Shown here: positions 1 through 12,284 of the stretch, in pieces
How positions within the stretch are numbered: position 1 is the first letter of the stretch
Layout: every line of letters begins with the position of its first letter
Origin: Octopus vulgaris
Taxonomy: Eukaryota
Length of the DNA stretch: 64,000 bases
Reading direction: 5' to 3'
Assembly: GCA_951406725.2 (NCBI GenBank)
Contig: OX597815.1
Span: forward strand, 141,484,001 to 141,548,000
Notes under the pieces: generated by a model
Databases searched by the model: none
The model's input: only the letters and a program-made list of their open reading frames with translations
Told to the model about the DNA's origin: nothing
Position numbers and translations under genes: made by a program

Positions 1-918
1 ATATTTCAATTTAATTTTACACCGATGTGGAACCAATATGAATAAAAATGGATTTCAGCAATTAAATGAACCACAGATTTCTTGTACTATATCATGTGTG
101 TTCAAGCAGATGAACATAAAACGGAGGAGGCTATATAAAACGAAATTTCAGCCACGACCATTTTACTAAACGCACATAGAAATGACGTAAGTTAAATCGA
201 CTGAAACAGTTTAAATGTGTAAGAAGTTCCTAATTATAGGAAATAGGAAATATAGCTAGCTATATTGCCAATTGTTTGGCATTAACTGGTGAGTCAATAT
301 TTTCAGTGTTCTAGTTACTTAACTTCATTTCTCTACTTTCATTTCTCTAATTATTCCTGGTTCAATGACAAACATTTTTCGGGGGAGAACTATAGATGTG
401 TAACATGTAATAACGATAGGAAGTTTTGTATAACTTTCCTATCAGTTAATTATCACGTGATTTACCTGGTAAAAAATGATAAACATCCATGTTGGTATCA
501 TGAAAGAATGCAGGTGCTTTTAAATGATAAAAATATTCCGATAACTTAAGATAGGGATCTGTGTCGAGGTTAATAACAACAGCAATATTATGAATAACTT
601 CGAAATATAGGAAAGACTAAGTACAAGAGACAGCGAGTAGCACATATGGAGATTCAGAATTCTGATGCATATTGTTATATTCTGGGTATAGGTATTTAGC
701 AACTTTTACATTTAATTGCAATTTAGAGGAGTCACAAGCCACTGTTCACATGCGCACATACACGCACACATACATAGACGTACACACACATTATATACAT
801 ATATGTGTGTGTATACATATATACATACATATGCATATATATATGCATACATATATATATTTCAGAATACATATAAATGTATATAAGTATATGCGTATCT
901 ATGTGCGCGTCTGTGTGT

Positions 919-974
<56 letters not shown>

Positions 975-2035
975 GTTCCAGCAATTAATGTAACGAATAA
1001 TATATCATATGTGAATACATTGCATGCAATTTCAGAAATTTCAATTTGTATAAAATGATTTTCTATTTCAGCTTATTAAATAATATTAGCGTGCTTTCTA
1101 TGTAAATGGAATATTTAATGATTTACGTCTAACGTGACATTCTGGTATTAAACTTTAGAATCAGGAACCTGGATTTACCTATGTCGTCACACATATAGTT
1201 CCATTCCTATCTACAACTGCTTCAATACAAACTTAATTAGCATTAATCGTTGCAATCCACTATAGATGTTTGTATGAATTTTAGATTTTCCTTCCATAAA
1301 CTAGTGAGGATAGACTGAAATGTAATTTTATACAAATGTCATGATGCTATTATATCGTCATAATTAGAGGAATATTACTAAAATTGTGAAAAATCAATAT
1401 TTCTTTGAATCTCAAATGTTCTGGAAAGTTGGAAATTACACAAAATAAACACATTCCCAGAAAAATAATTTATGTATATTTAATATCATTTGATTTTTGA
1501 TTCGGTCCGTTTTATTTTTTTCAATTTCAATTTAGTAAACATTTTCCATTCATTTTCTTATTCTTTTCGATTTTTTTCCTACGTATATCAAGTTAAATTA
1601 TTTTCAAACACGTTTTACTGAAACCTATTATGTAATAAAAAAAATCTTGTCATGATATTTTAAAGTTTTTACTGCTTTAAATTAAACAGTGTAAGTTCAA
1701 TCTACGAGGCAATAAAATATTACAATGCGTTATATGTCTGTGCAGTTGGCTAGTTTGGAACATTTCGTGGAATGGTGTTATAAATATAATTTATGTATTC
1801 AATAATCCGGTAATATCATACACTTATTGAAATAAATCTTGCTGGTGTTACGAGATAATTTCAAACAGAAATCGATTACGTGAAGAAGCCTGTTAGTGAT
1901 GTAATTTAAGGAACTGCTTTGTCAAGACAATGCTTATGAATTTATGTCGCTTATTGAGAGTTAAATTCTCTATTAAAATGCTCGGCTACTTTCTGTCGAC
2001 ATATCCTTTTCTGCTGTGCGTGTATATATATATAT

Positions 2036-2120
<85 letters not shown>

Positions 2121-3714
2121 CATATATACGCACAGCACAAAATATATACACTACGAAACATGTAGGGAATTCTACCAATAGACCAAAAAGCTTAATTGAT
2201 AACAATAGTAATTTGTTGGTGGGTGTTGCATGGTTAGACGTATGGAAATTTAGTTTCTTGATTTCAAATAGCATAGCAATAAGGATAACAGAGATTGAAT
2301 AAATAGCGGTTTTGCCTTACCAGAAACTATTCAAGCCTATATGAAGTGGAATATGAGATACATAACGGACTGGTATTCTGAATTAAGTTACCAAAATGAA
2401 TAGTGGAGATATTTTGTTTTTAAATAATGGCATTGATAGGCAAATAGATGAAGGGATAGATGGATCGATCGACGGGTCATTGGGGCGTTGTCCTTATCTC
2501 TGTGAATCTTCTTATGAATGTAGAAATTAGGATAGCCTATGTGTGTACAAAATTCGAACTAAAACAGATGAGCTGTGGATGTAACAGTTGTCCTTCACAC
2601 GTATCTGTTATAAAAGTTGTTTCTATGAAATTGACGCCATCGCTCATTGGAACTGATTTGCTTTTTCGTGCCTGCACTTGTGTTAATAATTTCTTTCAGA
2701 AAATATTAGGAGGATTACTCCTCTCGAATTCTCACCAGAGTATTGTTCAGCTAATTCTTCCGTGTCAGTTTTTCATCCGGCGTCTGTTGCGGGTGCCTCT
2801 TCATATTCATGCGTCCCTCTGATGATGACAGAATGTAATGATCTGCGATGTCTTAGTGCTAGAATTATTGTTAGTCTGAAATTACCAGCGTAAATAATTA
2901 GAGAACCAACCGTTATCTTTTTCATTGTGCATGTGTGTCTTTATGAGAACTTGTACTCTTCACGCCATACACTCAAGTTTACGTTTAGAGATATTTTACA
3001 CACATCTGGAACATCTATTTGGTAAATTCTTCATATTTCTGCTTTCTGAATTACTTTATTGACACTCAATATTATAGTCTAATTCGCCTCCATGTTTCAA
3101 AGGGAATGAATATAGAGCATGAATTTCTTTTGTTACAGGTTGTGGCAATTCGTTGTGAAACAAGGGGGACTGTTATTTAACTGCGATTGGGGAATATTTG
3201 ATTAAAACATATTATTGACAAATAGTTTATCATTCTCTTTAAATAATTTTCTTTCCTTATGAAAGAGAAAACTATCGATAATCGTTAAATATACTATTTG
3301 ATCAAAGAGCAAATTTTATTCACTGCTAGCAACCTGCTGGTAGAATGCTTTACTATTATGCAGTGCCACTGCAGACAATTACGATGAAGATTTTCGCAAT
3401 AATTTTATTTAAATTTAGGAAAACTAAACGATTGAAGCTCTTTCAAAAGAAAACAAAACATTACGCTGAATGGCAATAAAAAGCGCATTGTAATCAACTT
3501 ATGTAATGGAATGCTTTGAATCACGTGATTCAAACATCCGAAAGATTTTGTCCATTATTTGTTTAAAATAATACCAGTGGGTTAGATATACTGCAAACTA
3601 ACCTAATATTTGCCAACATATTTCTGATTTGATGAAAGAGGGAATGATGCTCCTCTGATAATGGCTTCCTATTATTTTTTGCATAAGTGAGAGCGTCGTT
3701 TTAAGCATATATTT

Positions 3715-3920
3715 AACAATGTTAACACTTTCGGAAAAAATGCTTAGCAGACTTTCGCTTATCTTTTTGTTCAGAGTCGAAACTACGCCTAGTTTGACTT
3801 TGCTTTTCATCGTATCGAAGCTAAAAAAATAAGTACCTCTTGAGCATAGGGATCCCTGTAATCGCCTTGCCCCGCTCCCATGAGCTTGCTAGATTTGTGC
3901 TAAAATTTCAAACCAACATA
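3715..3920 (+). mobile_element. Degenerate tRNA-derived SINE (family C, Deu/Nin-like core)
   Basis: 'tttgactttgcttttcatcgtatcgaagctaaaaaaataagtacc' is a decayed match to the core GTCGACTTTGCCTTTCATCCTTTCGGGG..GATAAATTAAGTACC of the cleaner copies at 43967-44200 and 56757-56984. Confidence 0.5.
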
Positions 3921-4288
3921 ATCTTGATGATTTATTTACTTTTCTCATAGTCGGAACAATATTGTCTCCCATTATTTTGCTTCATCTCAGCTTTTCTTTT
4001 AAACATTTATATGTGACTCATATTTGTTATTTATAGTATTATAAAGATCTAACATAATGATTGGTAGCAAAATTCTATATTTACCTATTAAAATAATTGT
4101 GCTTCACCTTTACCAAGATTCTTTAAAACATATGCAATATATAAACTTCTAAACGTAATTTTGTTCTATTGATATCGTATCCATTTTGAAATTATATCGT
4201 GTTCTCAAAAATAAAAGACATTCTTGAAATCAGTAACTATATATATATTCATGCGTACATACATACATGCATACATACATATCAGTAT

Positions 4289-4374
<86 letters not shown>

Positions 4375-4376
<2 letters not shown>

Positions 4377-5045
4377 TACAACAAAAGCCCTAACATACAT
4401 GTCCATATGCAACCCTCTCCCCAATGAAGTCTTCGACACCACCCTTCAAAACATTCCACTGCTTAAAAAAAGACCACAGAATGAACTTAATCCTCCAAAC
4501 ACACATCATCATAAAAGGCAAGAGACAACACAAATCTATGAAAAGTATCCTAACACAAGCCCGAATATGTTCCACAACAACACGGAAGCCGTCAGTAATA
4601 AAATGTGGAAGACCCAACTGTTGGATATGTGTCAGTTTAATTGAAGGATCAGAGATCTCCTTCAAATAAAGACAACGTTTTGACAGTGAATAGTAGCTTC
4701 ACATGTACTTCGGAGAACCTGATATGATATACGCACTAACCTGCTCTGGGTCTCAAGAGCAATTCATAGGCCAAAAAAAAAAAAAAAACAGTCTACGTCA
4801 AATTATGGCTCTGCACAGATCCCAGAGGAAAATTCCCAAAAACAGAAAAATAGCATTCTGCCAACACATTGACATTTGCGATAGTAACAAAAGTCCAAGC
4901 TTCAGAATTTTTTCCCCCTATCAATTGAAGGATGATACAACCTGTAGCCAACGAATTGGTAAAGAGACTCACTTTATTACAAAATACAGACCACTTTTGA
5001 ACGCATCTATAATAAACGACATATCTACTATGACCTTAGAATAAT
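4375..5045 (+). mobile_element. Penelope-like element fragment: linker, Cys motif and GIY-YIG endonuclease (frameshifted)
   Basis: Joined frames read ...KPSVIKCGRPNCWIC...MIYALTCSGSQEQFIGQ...SLRQIMALHRSQ...KETHFITKYRPLLN. This is the PLE C-x4-C-x2-C motif plus GIY-YIG motifs. It is homologous to the fragment at 24110-24530 and starts directly after a (TA)n tract. Confidence 0.8.
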
Positions 5046-5394
5046 ACAAACACAAACGCAAATATTAAAACGGATACATTCTACAGATTCCCAAGAATTC
5101 ATTAAAAAACAGTCCCAATCACTGCTATAATTCATAACGACCAATTTTAGGTTGCTTGATCATTTGACATCCTACTACTATCATACCACCTGCATTTCTT
5201 TATTATTCTCTCCTCTTTCCTCTTCTTCTTCTTCCTCTCCGTCACCTCCTTCCTTACTTTACTACTATTACTGTTTAAAATAACAGCTACGCATATTATA
5301 TAAACAAAACATTCTTAAGAAGTCAATCACTAGTAACATCCACAACAAGTCACTTGCCAATTTAGCATCCTACTACTATCATGGTACTCCCGCA

Positions 5395-5607
5395 TTCTTC
5401 TTCTTCTTCTTCTTCTTCTTCTTCTTCTTCTTCTTCTTCTTCTTCTTCTTCTTCTTCTATTCTTCTTTTTCTTCTTCTTCTTCTATTCTTCTTCTTCTTC
5501 TTCTTCTTCTTCTTCTTCTTCTTCTTCTTCTTCTTCTTCTTCTTCTTCTCCTCCTCCTCCTTCTTCTTCTTCTTCTTCTTCTTCTTCTTCTTCTTCTTCT
5601 TCTTCTT

Positions 5608-5637
<30 letters not shown>
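5395..5637. repeat. (TTC)n trinucleotide microsatellite
   Basis: About 240 bp of near-pure TTC; source of the poly-K/E/S/F/R ORFs. Confidence 0.97.
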
Positions 5638-5638
<1 letters not shown>

Positions 5639-5794
5639 ACAACGACTTCGAACCCACAAGAATAAACAAGAGAGACAGAACCAAGCAGAAACAAGCATAA
5701 TGCCTCTTGTATTAGAATAGTATGCAAATATTCTTTTCAAAAAATTTTCTGTTAATTTTTCCAACAACATTTAATTTTACTATATATATATATG

Positions 5795-5868
<74 letters not shown>

Positions 5869-5872
<4 letters not shown>

Positions 5873-7953
5873 GGAAAGTTTACAAAAATAAACAAAAGAC
5901 CAAGGCAGGTGGAGTATAAACAAATGTATTAGTATAGCGCTCAGGAATAGAAAAATCTTTTACCTTTCGAGCCTACCCTCTTCGACAGAAAGATACACAG
6001 AAAAAAAACAAGGAGAGAAAAAAATGCGTGTAAGAGCTAACGATCTACCATGGCGTGCTTACTTTGGGCAGTGGTCAGACGCGAGAGGGACAGTAGGGGA
6101 GATAACAGGGTCAAGTGATTTCCAATACGAAGGTGCCCCCAACACAAAGGTGCGTGTGTGTATAAGAGAGTATGTATGTGCGTGTGAAAGAGGGCTGGTG
6201 GTCTGGACGTGTGTGTGTATGTATGTGTGGGTGTGGAGATGTGGGGATGGTGTGTGGGTGGTGTGTTGCGATGTGATGTGTAATGTTGTATGGTTTAGTG
6301 GGGTGTGGGTTCGGATGCGGGTTGGGGCAGAGTGAGGGTTGTGGGTGGGTTGAGGGTGGGGCTAGAGGTGAGGTATGTTGGGGAGGGATATGGGATAGCG
6401 GTGAGGTATGTGGAGGAGATGTGTGGAATAGGGGTGAGGTGTGTGGGGTAGAGTGGGGGAAGGGGTGGGAAGGATAGGGAAGGTGGATTCGGGGTGGGCG
6501 TGTTTATGGCGGGAGGGGAAGGTGGGTATATTAGGAGAGAGGAGGAAAGAATGAAAGAAGAGAAGAGAGAGGTGACGGGGGAAGGGGGAGAGAGAGAGGA
6601 GGGAGAGAAGTGAGGGGATGTGAGGAGGAGAAGGAGAGAGAGGAGAGGAGGAGGTGGACGTGGTGGCAGAGGTGGAGGTGGGAGAGGAGGAGGTGGGAGA
6701 GAAGAGGAGGAGGAAGAGATGAGGAGGGGAGAGAGGAGAAGAGGGGGAGTGGGATGAGAAGGTGGGAGGGGGAGACAGGAGAGGAGGAGAGAAGGGAAAG
6801 AGGGAAGAAGAGGCAAAGAGTAGGGGGTGAAAAGATGTAGGAGTGAAGAGAAGTAGGAATCGGGGAGGAAGTTAGATGAAAAGTGGGGGAGAGTTGAGCC
6901 CAAATGGCGTAAAAGAGCGAAAAGAGAAGATTAATCCCTGTTCACGGCGCAAGCGGGAATCCGGATAGCGTCTGTGCAAGGACAATCCGAACACAGACAG
7001 GTATTGCAAGGAGTGACCAGTGGAACGGGAATGGCGTGATACTGGAGTGTCATTGGCGAGGCGGTGGTCTCGGAGGTGTTCCGCGAATCAGTCAGCCAAG
7101 CGGCGTCCCGTTTGTCCGATGTACAGGGAATGGCAGAGAGAGCAGGAGATGCAATAGATGATATTGGTGGAGGTGCAGGTGAAGGAGTTGATGATGCGAT
7201 AGGGTCGATGATGGGTGCCGGTGAGGAGGGTGGTGTTGGAGAGGTAAGGGCAAGTGTGGCAGCGTGGGTGGGAGAAGAGGAACGAGCCAGGTTGGGGGTA
7301 GGGTTGGGGAAGAAGCTGTGGACCAAGAGGTCTCGTAGGTTATGGGCTCGTTTGAAGGTGGGGAGGGATCGGTTAGAGAAGAGGTGTGAAATGGACGTGT
7401 CGGACTGGAGATGCCGGAAAGCTCGAAGAATGGTGCGTTGGAGAGGTAGGGTGGTGGGGTGGTAAGTGAGGGGAAAAGGTAGGCGGGAGACTGCAGGGCG
7501 GTTTCGGGGGGAGAGAGCAGATGCACGGTCTACGGAACGTGCTCTGGTAAGGGCGGTGTGGATAGTGGTGAGGGGGTATCCACGTAGGATGAAGTGGCGA
7601 GACTTGAGTTGAGACTGAGTCTCAAAGTCATGGTCGTCACTACAGAGCGTGCGTAGACGGAGGAATTGGGAATAGGGGATGGAAAGCTTGGTGTGTTTCG
7701 GGTGGGAAGAAGAGAAGTTTAGGCATGGGTGTGAGTCTGTGTGTTTGTAGTGAATGGAGGTTCTAAGACTGGAGTGATGAATGGTGACCGAAATGTCAAG
7801 AAAGGAGATAGAGTTGTTGGAGGTAGTGCAGGAGAAGTGGAGGGCAGGATGGAAGGATTTAACGAAAGAGAGGAAGGAGTCTAGGTGTTCGCAGGAGAGT
7901 GAGGTGGTTCCGATACAGTCGTCAATATAACGACCGTATAGTTCGGGAGTGGG
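5869..7953 (-). mobile_element. Penelope-like element (Neptune-type), 5'-truncated and frameshifted; same family as 15575-18503
   Basis: The minus strand begins at PELYGRYIDDCIG and continues through RT thumb and GIY-YIG (YCISCSLCHSLYIGQTGRRLAD*FAEH), then a purine/pyrimidine-skewed 3' tract and a terminal segment closely similar to 18290-18503. Both ends abut (TA)n. Confidence 0.93.
5956..5993 (-). ncRNA. Minimal type I hammerhead-ribozyme-like motif in the PLE terminus (variant core)
   Basis: Minus strand: TCTTT-CTGTCGAA-GAGG gtag GCTC-GAAA-GG-TA-AAAGA. Stem I is TCTTT/AAAGA; stem II and stem III each carry one mismatch relative to the 18368 copy. Confidence 0.65.
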
Positions 7954-7984
<31 letters not shown>

Positions 7985-7998
7985 CAGGGTGAATACTA

Positions 7999-8029
<31 letters not shown>

Positions 8030-8030
<1 letters not shown>

Positions 8031-8130
8031 CTTGGAAAAGGATGCGTGGCGTTCGATCATATAACAATATAAATAATATATAAATATATGCATGTATACA
8101 TACATATGTCTACACACCTACATATATATG

Positions 8131-8164
<34 letters not shown>

Positions 8165-8556
8165 TATATGGGTACAGAACAACATAAAAACGTTGAACAC
8201 AATGAGAACAAAACAGTAAAAACAATCGATGAGTGCTGTTAAACAAAGGTGATAGAAAAATTATTCTCAACGCTTAGGGAAACGAGCTTATGAAGAGACA
8301 GAATAAGCACGTATAGTCTATTAAGATAAAACTTACTTGGAAAGGATGCGTGGTGTTTGATCATATAATAATATAAATAATATATAAATATATGTATATA
8401 TACATACATATATGTACATACCTACGTATATATGTATATATACATGCATATATGGGTACAGGACATCAAACAAAACGTTGAACACAATGAGAAACGAAAA
8501 CATAAAAACAAAAGCATATTTATATATTATTTACATTATTATATGATCAAATGCCA
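8030..8556. repeat. Direct duplication (~190 bp x2) plus a short inverted copy; probable retroelement terminal remnant
   Basis: 8030-8225 and 8335-8512 share acttggaaa(a)ggatgcgtgg...gatcatata...atgggtacag...aacgttgaacacaatgagaa. 8515-8556 is the reverse complement of the start of that unit. Confidence 0.75.
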
Positions 8557-8917
8557 CCTTTAGTCGAACAGATCAACCCATGAACTTATATTTTGAAAGC
8601 CAAGTGCTTATTCTATCGATAAATTTTGCGGAACTGCTAAGTTACGTGGTAATAAACAAACCGACATCAGTTGTCAAGCGTGGTGGGGGGACAAAAACAG
8701 GCAGACACACACAAAAACACACACATGTATGTGTATATATATATATATATATATACGATACTCTTCTTTCAGTTTCTGTCTATCAAATCCTCTCACAAGG
8801 CTTTTGTCTGCCCGGGGCCATAGCAGAAGACACTCACCCAAGGTGCCACGCAGTGGGACTGAACCCGGAATCATGTTGGGAAGCAGGCTTCTTACCACAC
8901 ATCCACTCCTGTGCCTA
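8553..8917 (-). mobile_element. tRNA-derived SINE (family B, internal microsatellite)
   Basis: Minus-strand head 'aggcacaggagtggatgtgtggtaagaagcctgcttcccaacatgattccgggttcagtcccactgcgtggcaccttggg', then 'gatttgatagacagaaactgaaagaag', an internal (TA)/(TG) tract and a body shared with 22590-23072 and 25950-26330. Confidence 0.85.
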
Positions 8918-9809
8918 TACGAATGAAAATCGAAAGCAAATAGCCAACTTCTTTGTCAATATTATCAATTGATTGGAAAATGTGATGCTGTGAATAGCTA
9001 AAATAAAGAAAAAAAACTACACGTACTGTCTGAAAACTGATATCAGATTCGGATTCAGTACCCTAAATCAGCAGAAAAAGATGAAATAGCATGGCGAAAA
9101 CTTCTCTTGTTGCCCAGTATGCTCGTTGTTACAATTGCCAATTCTACCGTTTATCCCTGTGGACGATTTTCTCTGCTCTAGAGTAACTAACAACTATTCT
9201 TCCTAAACATTCTATCCATGTTGCCAAAACTGTGATCTTGTTACAACACGACGTTTAAAATATTTCTTCTCGCCATCATAGTTCTCTTACTTTCGGTCTG
9301 GAAAGTAATAAAAGAACAGAGTGTATAACGCTGAAGTAAGGAGAGGTAAAACTGTAAGGGCTCACACTGTATGCCATGATGATGGCCATTTGAAGATACA
9401 GAGGTATGAAAAAGTCTCTGAAGTTTCACGAATTTCCTTTGGCGAACAACGCTACACAAAACATCGGTGTAAAACATGATAGGCATCATTAAGTACATTT
9501 ACTCGATGCAATGGTTTATGATCGCATCGTTTAATGGCACTGTACATCAAATATCAGGGTCAAGAAATAAAACATTGTTCTCATGTACATTTAATTATGA
9601 AGCTGACTGTGCTGAATTCGAATTTCATAATAAGAATTTCCCATCATGTCACGTTTTCATGTAATCCACCGACTTAATAACTATGCAGTTTATACCAATT
9701 TCCACGATATTGTAAAATTATTTTACTCCAAATGTCAGATTAAATATGTCCATTGTAATTAATTCATATATGTAATGAATTGGTATGTTTGTTAGCGTTA
9801 TATAATGTA

Positions 9810-10159
9810 CGAGCAAAATGCCTCCGGTCCAATGGACGGTGCTGAGTTGTCAAGCATTTGAACCAAATTTTCTCAAAACAACTTGTCCTCCCCTTTGAGA
9901 AACACTGATTTAACCTAAATTTGAAATACCAGCAAAAACGGATTTCGACTGATGTACTTGCGCGTACAAATGCACGTTTCCACGGCTTTATCAATCGCAT
10001 TCTCACCTGGAATCGGTTTTTGTAATTTTTTCAAGACTTATACACCCCCTGATACCGTCGGTATCAACATACCAAATTTGAGCGCAATCGCATGGAGGAT
10101 GCCCGAGATCCTAGAAGACACACACACACTCACAGACAGAACGTATTTTATATAATAGA
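9810..10159 (-). mobile_element. Non-autonomous Helitron-like element
   Basis: On the minus strand it begins A|TCTATTATATAAAA, has a short (CTGT/GT) microsatellite near that end, and ends with a GC hairpin (ccgtccattggac) followed by TTTTGCTCG|T, i.e. an A/T insertion site with no TSD. A second copy lies at 27260-28010. Confidence 0.65.
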
Positions 10160-10499
10160 TTAACCTAAATATTAGTATTTACTTCTTCGTTTATAAAACG
10201 TCTCAGTTGTGTCATGCTTCAGGTGCCAGCAGAAGTCAGCCAGCATATATGGGGCCCACTTCCCGTTATACCTGTTTTCCATTGACGCTATATCTTGATG
10301 GAACCTCTCTCCATCTCCATCACTCACATCCCCTGCATTCTCTGGGAAGGACAGATGAGAATGAAGAAAGTGTATCTTCTTTGACGTATTGCATTCGAGA
10401 TCTCGTTAGCACTTCATTAGGTTCTCGACTATATTCTCTTGCTGGGTCACTTGTTGCTTTCCCAGATGTCCTTTGCATACATCTTTGAATGCATGCTAG

Positions 10500-11660
10500 G
10501 CCGCAAGCTCAGTTTCATCTATTGTTGCCTCATCAGCTATAAGTTGACGAATCTGAAGACCTACAAATATGCCCTCTTTAATCTTGGCATCACTTATTTT
10601 AAGGAAGATCGCCTTGAGGTACTAGAAACATGGCTTATTATGTTGCAGTGCTTTCGTAAATTGCTTCATTAGGTCTAGTTTTATATGCAGTGGTGGCAAA
10701 ATGATTTTCTCCTTCTTAACAAGTGGCTCTTGTGTTACATCATGACATCTAGGCGTCATAGTTTTCCGATGTGGCCATTCTATGCGTACATAATGTTCTG
10801 ATCTGGTCCTACTGTCCCACTTGCAAGGGAAGCACATAAACTCGGTGTATCCATTTTGAAGCCCATTAAGTAGGGCTACAACTTTCAAGTCCATACAAAC
10901 TAGCCACTCATGCTTCTTTTAACCTATGCGATCTAGAATAAAAGCAAGCTTCTCATATGCCGCTCTTAGAGTGCCTTAGTGAGCAGTTGGAACAGAAGGC
11001 CTGGTGTTCCCATTATGCATCAGAGCCGTTTTTATGCTGTAAAGGGACGCTTCTGTGAATAACCCCCACTCATTTGATTCAAAGGACGGCTCAAGTGCAT
11101 TGAGTAGGTCTGTGATATTATTAAAAGAAGTCAGATTGTTTTCCAAAGTGAAGAATTGTTGTAGATCAGCATAACGCTTCCAAAATCCTGTAATTCGAGC
11201 ATCTTAATCCAATAGGTTCAATTGCTGCAGACGTGAGGCCGGCACTACATTATGTTGCTTGGTGGGTGTCAGGTGACGAACTAGATCATTGAGTTCAGTT
11301 TGGGTGATAAGGTGTGTTTGTTTGTCATATTTACCACGGATTTGGACCTATATAACTGTAGAAATATTAAGTGTACTTTTATAATTGTCATAGATTAGAT
11401 TGCCAAATACCTTAGAAACATCCCATTAAAATTATATGAAATCCGTTATTAAAGTTTAGAGTTGTCAGTCTCGGCCCAATCCTGTTTTTACTCAATTACT
11501 GCAGAACCTTAAGTGTATTTAACGAAAGTAAGATGGTAATTTAACAGAAACTGGAAGGTCACAGAGAGAAACGGATTTTATCTATTTGTGTTCTATACAC
11601 AAAATACCCCTTGAAATGGTTATTCTCATTTAAGTTTTTAAGTTTCATTGTTATACAGTT
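10500..11660 (-). mobile_element. DNA transposon transposase pseudogene, Chapaev3-like (CMC superfamily)
   Basis: The minus strand reads HLITQTELNDLVRHL..SRLQQLNLL*..EWGLFTEAS..ALMHNGN..WLVCMDLKVVALLNGLQNGYTEFMCFPCKWDSR..IILPPLHIKLDLMKQF..ISDAKIKEGIFVG with several stops. The Chapaev assignment comes from recalled motifs. The extension beyond 11340 is a probable non-coding terminus. Confidence 0.75.
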
Positions 11661-11929
11661 GTATAACAATGTCATTCAGTTGTCAAATTGAAGAGATGGT
11701 ATGAATTTTGCGTAATATAGTCGATATCCATTTTATGAATCAAACATGGCGTTTTCTCAGTGATTAATTTAGAAAATTCTCATTGGAAGTTGATTCCTCT
11801 GCTTGTAAATGTCAAAATTGTGATTTCCTCAAATAATTGGAGAAATATATATATCTATAAAATTTTCTTTTTGAAGATGCAACACATTAGTGCATCATTG
11901 AGTGTGTGAAGAGAAACAATTGACACGTT

Positions 11930-11991
<62 letters not shown>

Positions 11992-11992
11992 A

Positions 11993-12023
<31 letters not shown>

Positions 12024-12103
12024 CTTGTTAAAGAGGATAACCAACGTTAAAACAAGACAAACATCTCAAGACATGTATGTTATCATTATTGGAAAAATTC
12101 AAA

Positions 12104-12159
12104 GTCTTACAGCCGTTTGTGAGATATCCTAAAGTACGGGATATTCCGTCATCGGAGAC
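12104..12159 (-). ncRNA. Hammerhead-ribozyme-like motif (left arm, decayed)
   Basis: Minus strand: GTCT-CCGATGA-C-GGAATATCC..GGATATCTC-ACAAA-CGGCTG-TA-AGAC; the GAAA is mutated. Confidence 0.5.
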
Positions 12160-12227
12160 AAATAGGTAAAATGAGAATGGTACAAATTATATAAATTAAA
12201 CTTATACATCTCTCATTTTGCCTATGT

Positions 12228-12284
12228 GTCTCCGGTGACGGAATATCCCATACTTTGGGATTTTCCCAGAAACAGCTGTAAGAC
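12228..12284 (+). ncRNA. Hammerhead-ribozyme-like motif (right arm)
   Basis: GTCT-CCGGTGA-C-GGAATATCCCA tactt TGGGATTTTCC-CA-GAAA-CAGCTG-TA-AGAC. Stem I is GTCT/AGAC, stem II is long, stem III is the palindrome ACAGCTGT, and the site is GUA. Confidence 0.62.

Noticed and set aside
672-2274. ORFs rich in YI/HT/CV dipeptides here and throughout the window
   Set aside because: They are translations of (TA)n, (CA)n and (TG)n microsatellites, which lack stops in some frames; no protein signal.
2250-2960. Weak minus-strand similarity to a PLE RT (PNFYIHKKIHRDKDNAP) and to a helicase GDFRQ-like motif
   Set aside because: Isolated short motifs with conflicting assignments; cannot be supported without a profile search.
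5362-5727. Poly-K/E/R/S/F ORFs (also at 54281-54547 and 58556-59194)
   Set aside because: Artefacts of (TTC)n and (CTA)n trinucleotide repeats.
6295-7465. Proline/serine-rich and antisense ORFs of 130-200 aa (also 17083-17827)
   Set aside because: Alternative-frame or antisense readings of the PLE ORF and its polypurine/polypyrimidine tract.
9100-9500. Possible BEL/Pao integrase C-terminal remnant (YFKRR..FWQ..WIECL)
   Set aside because: Needs several frameshifts to assemble, and no LTR or other domains are visible.
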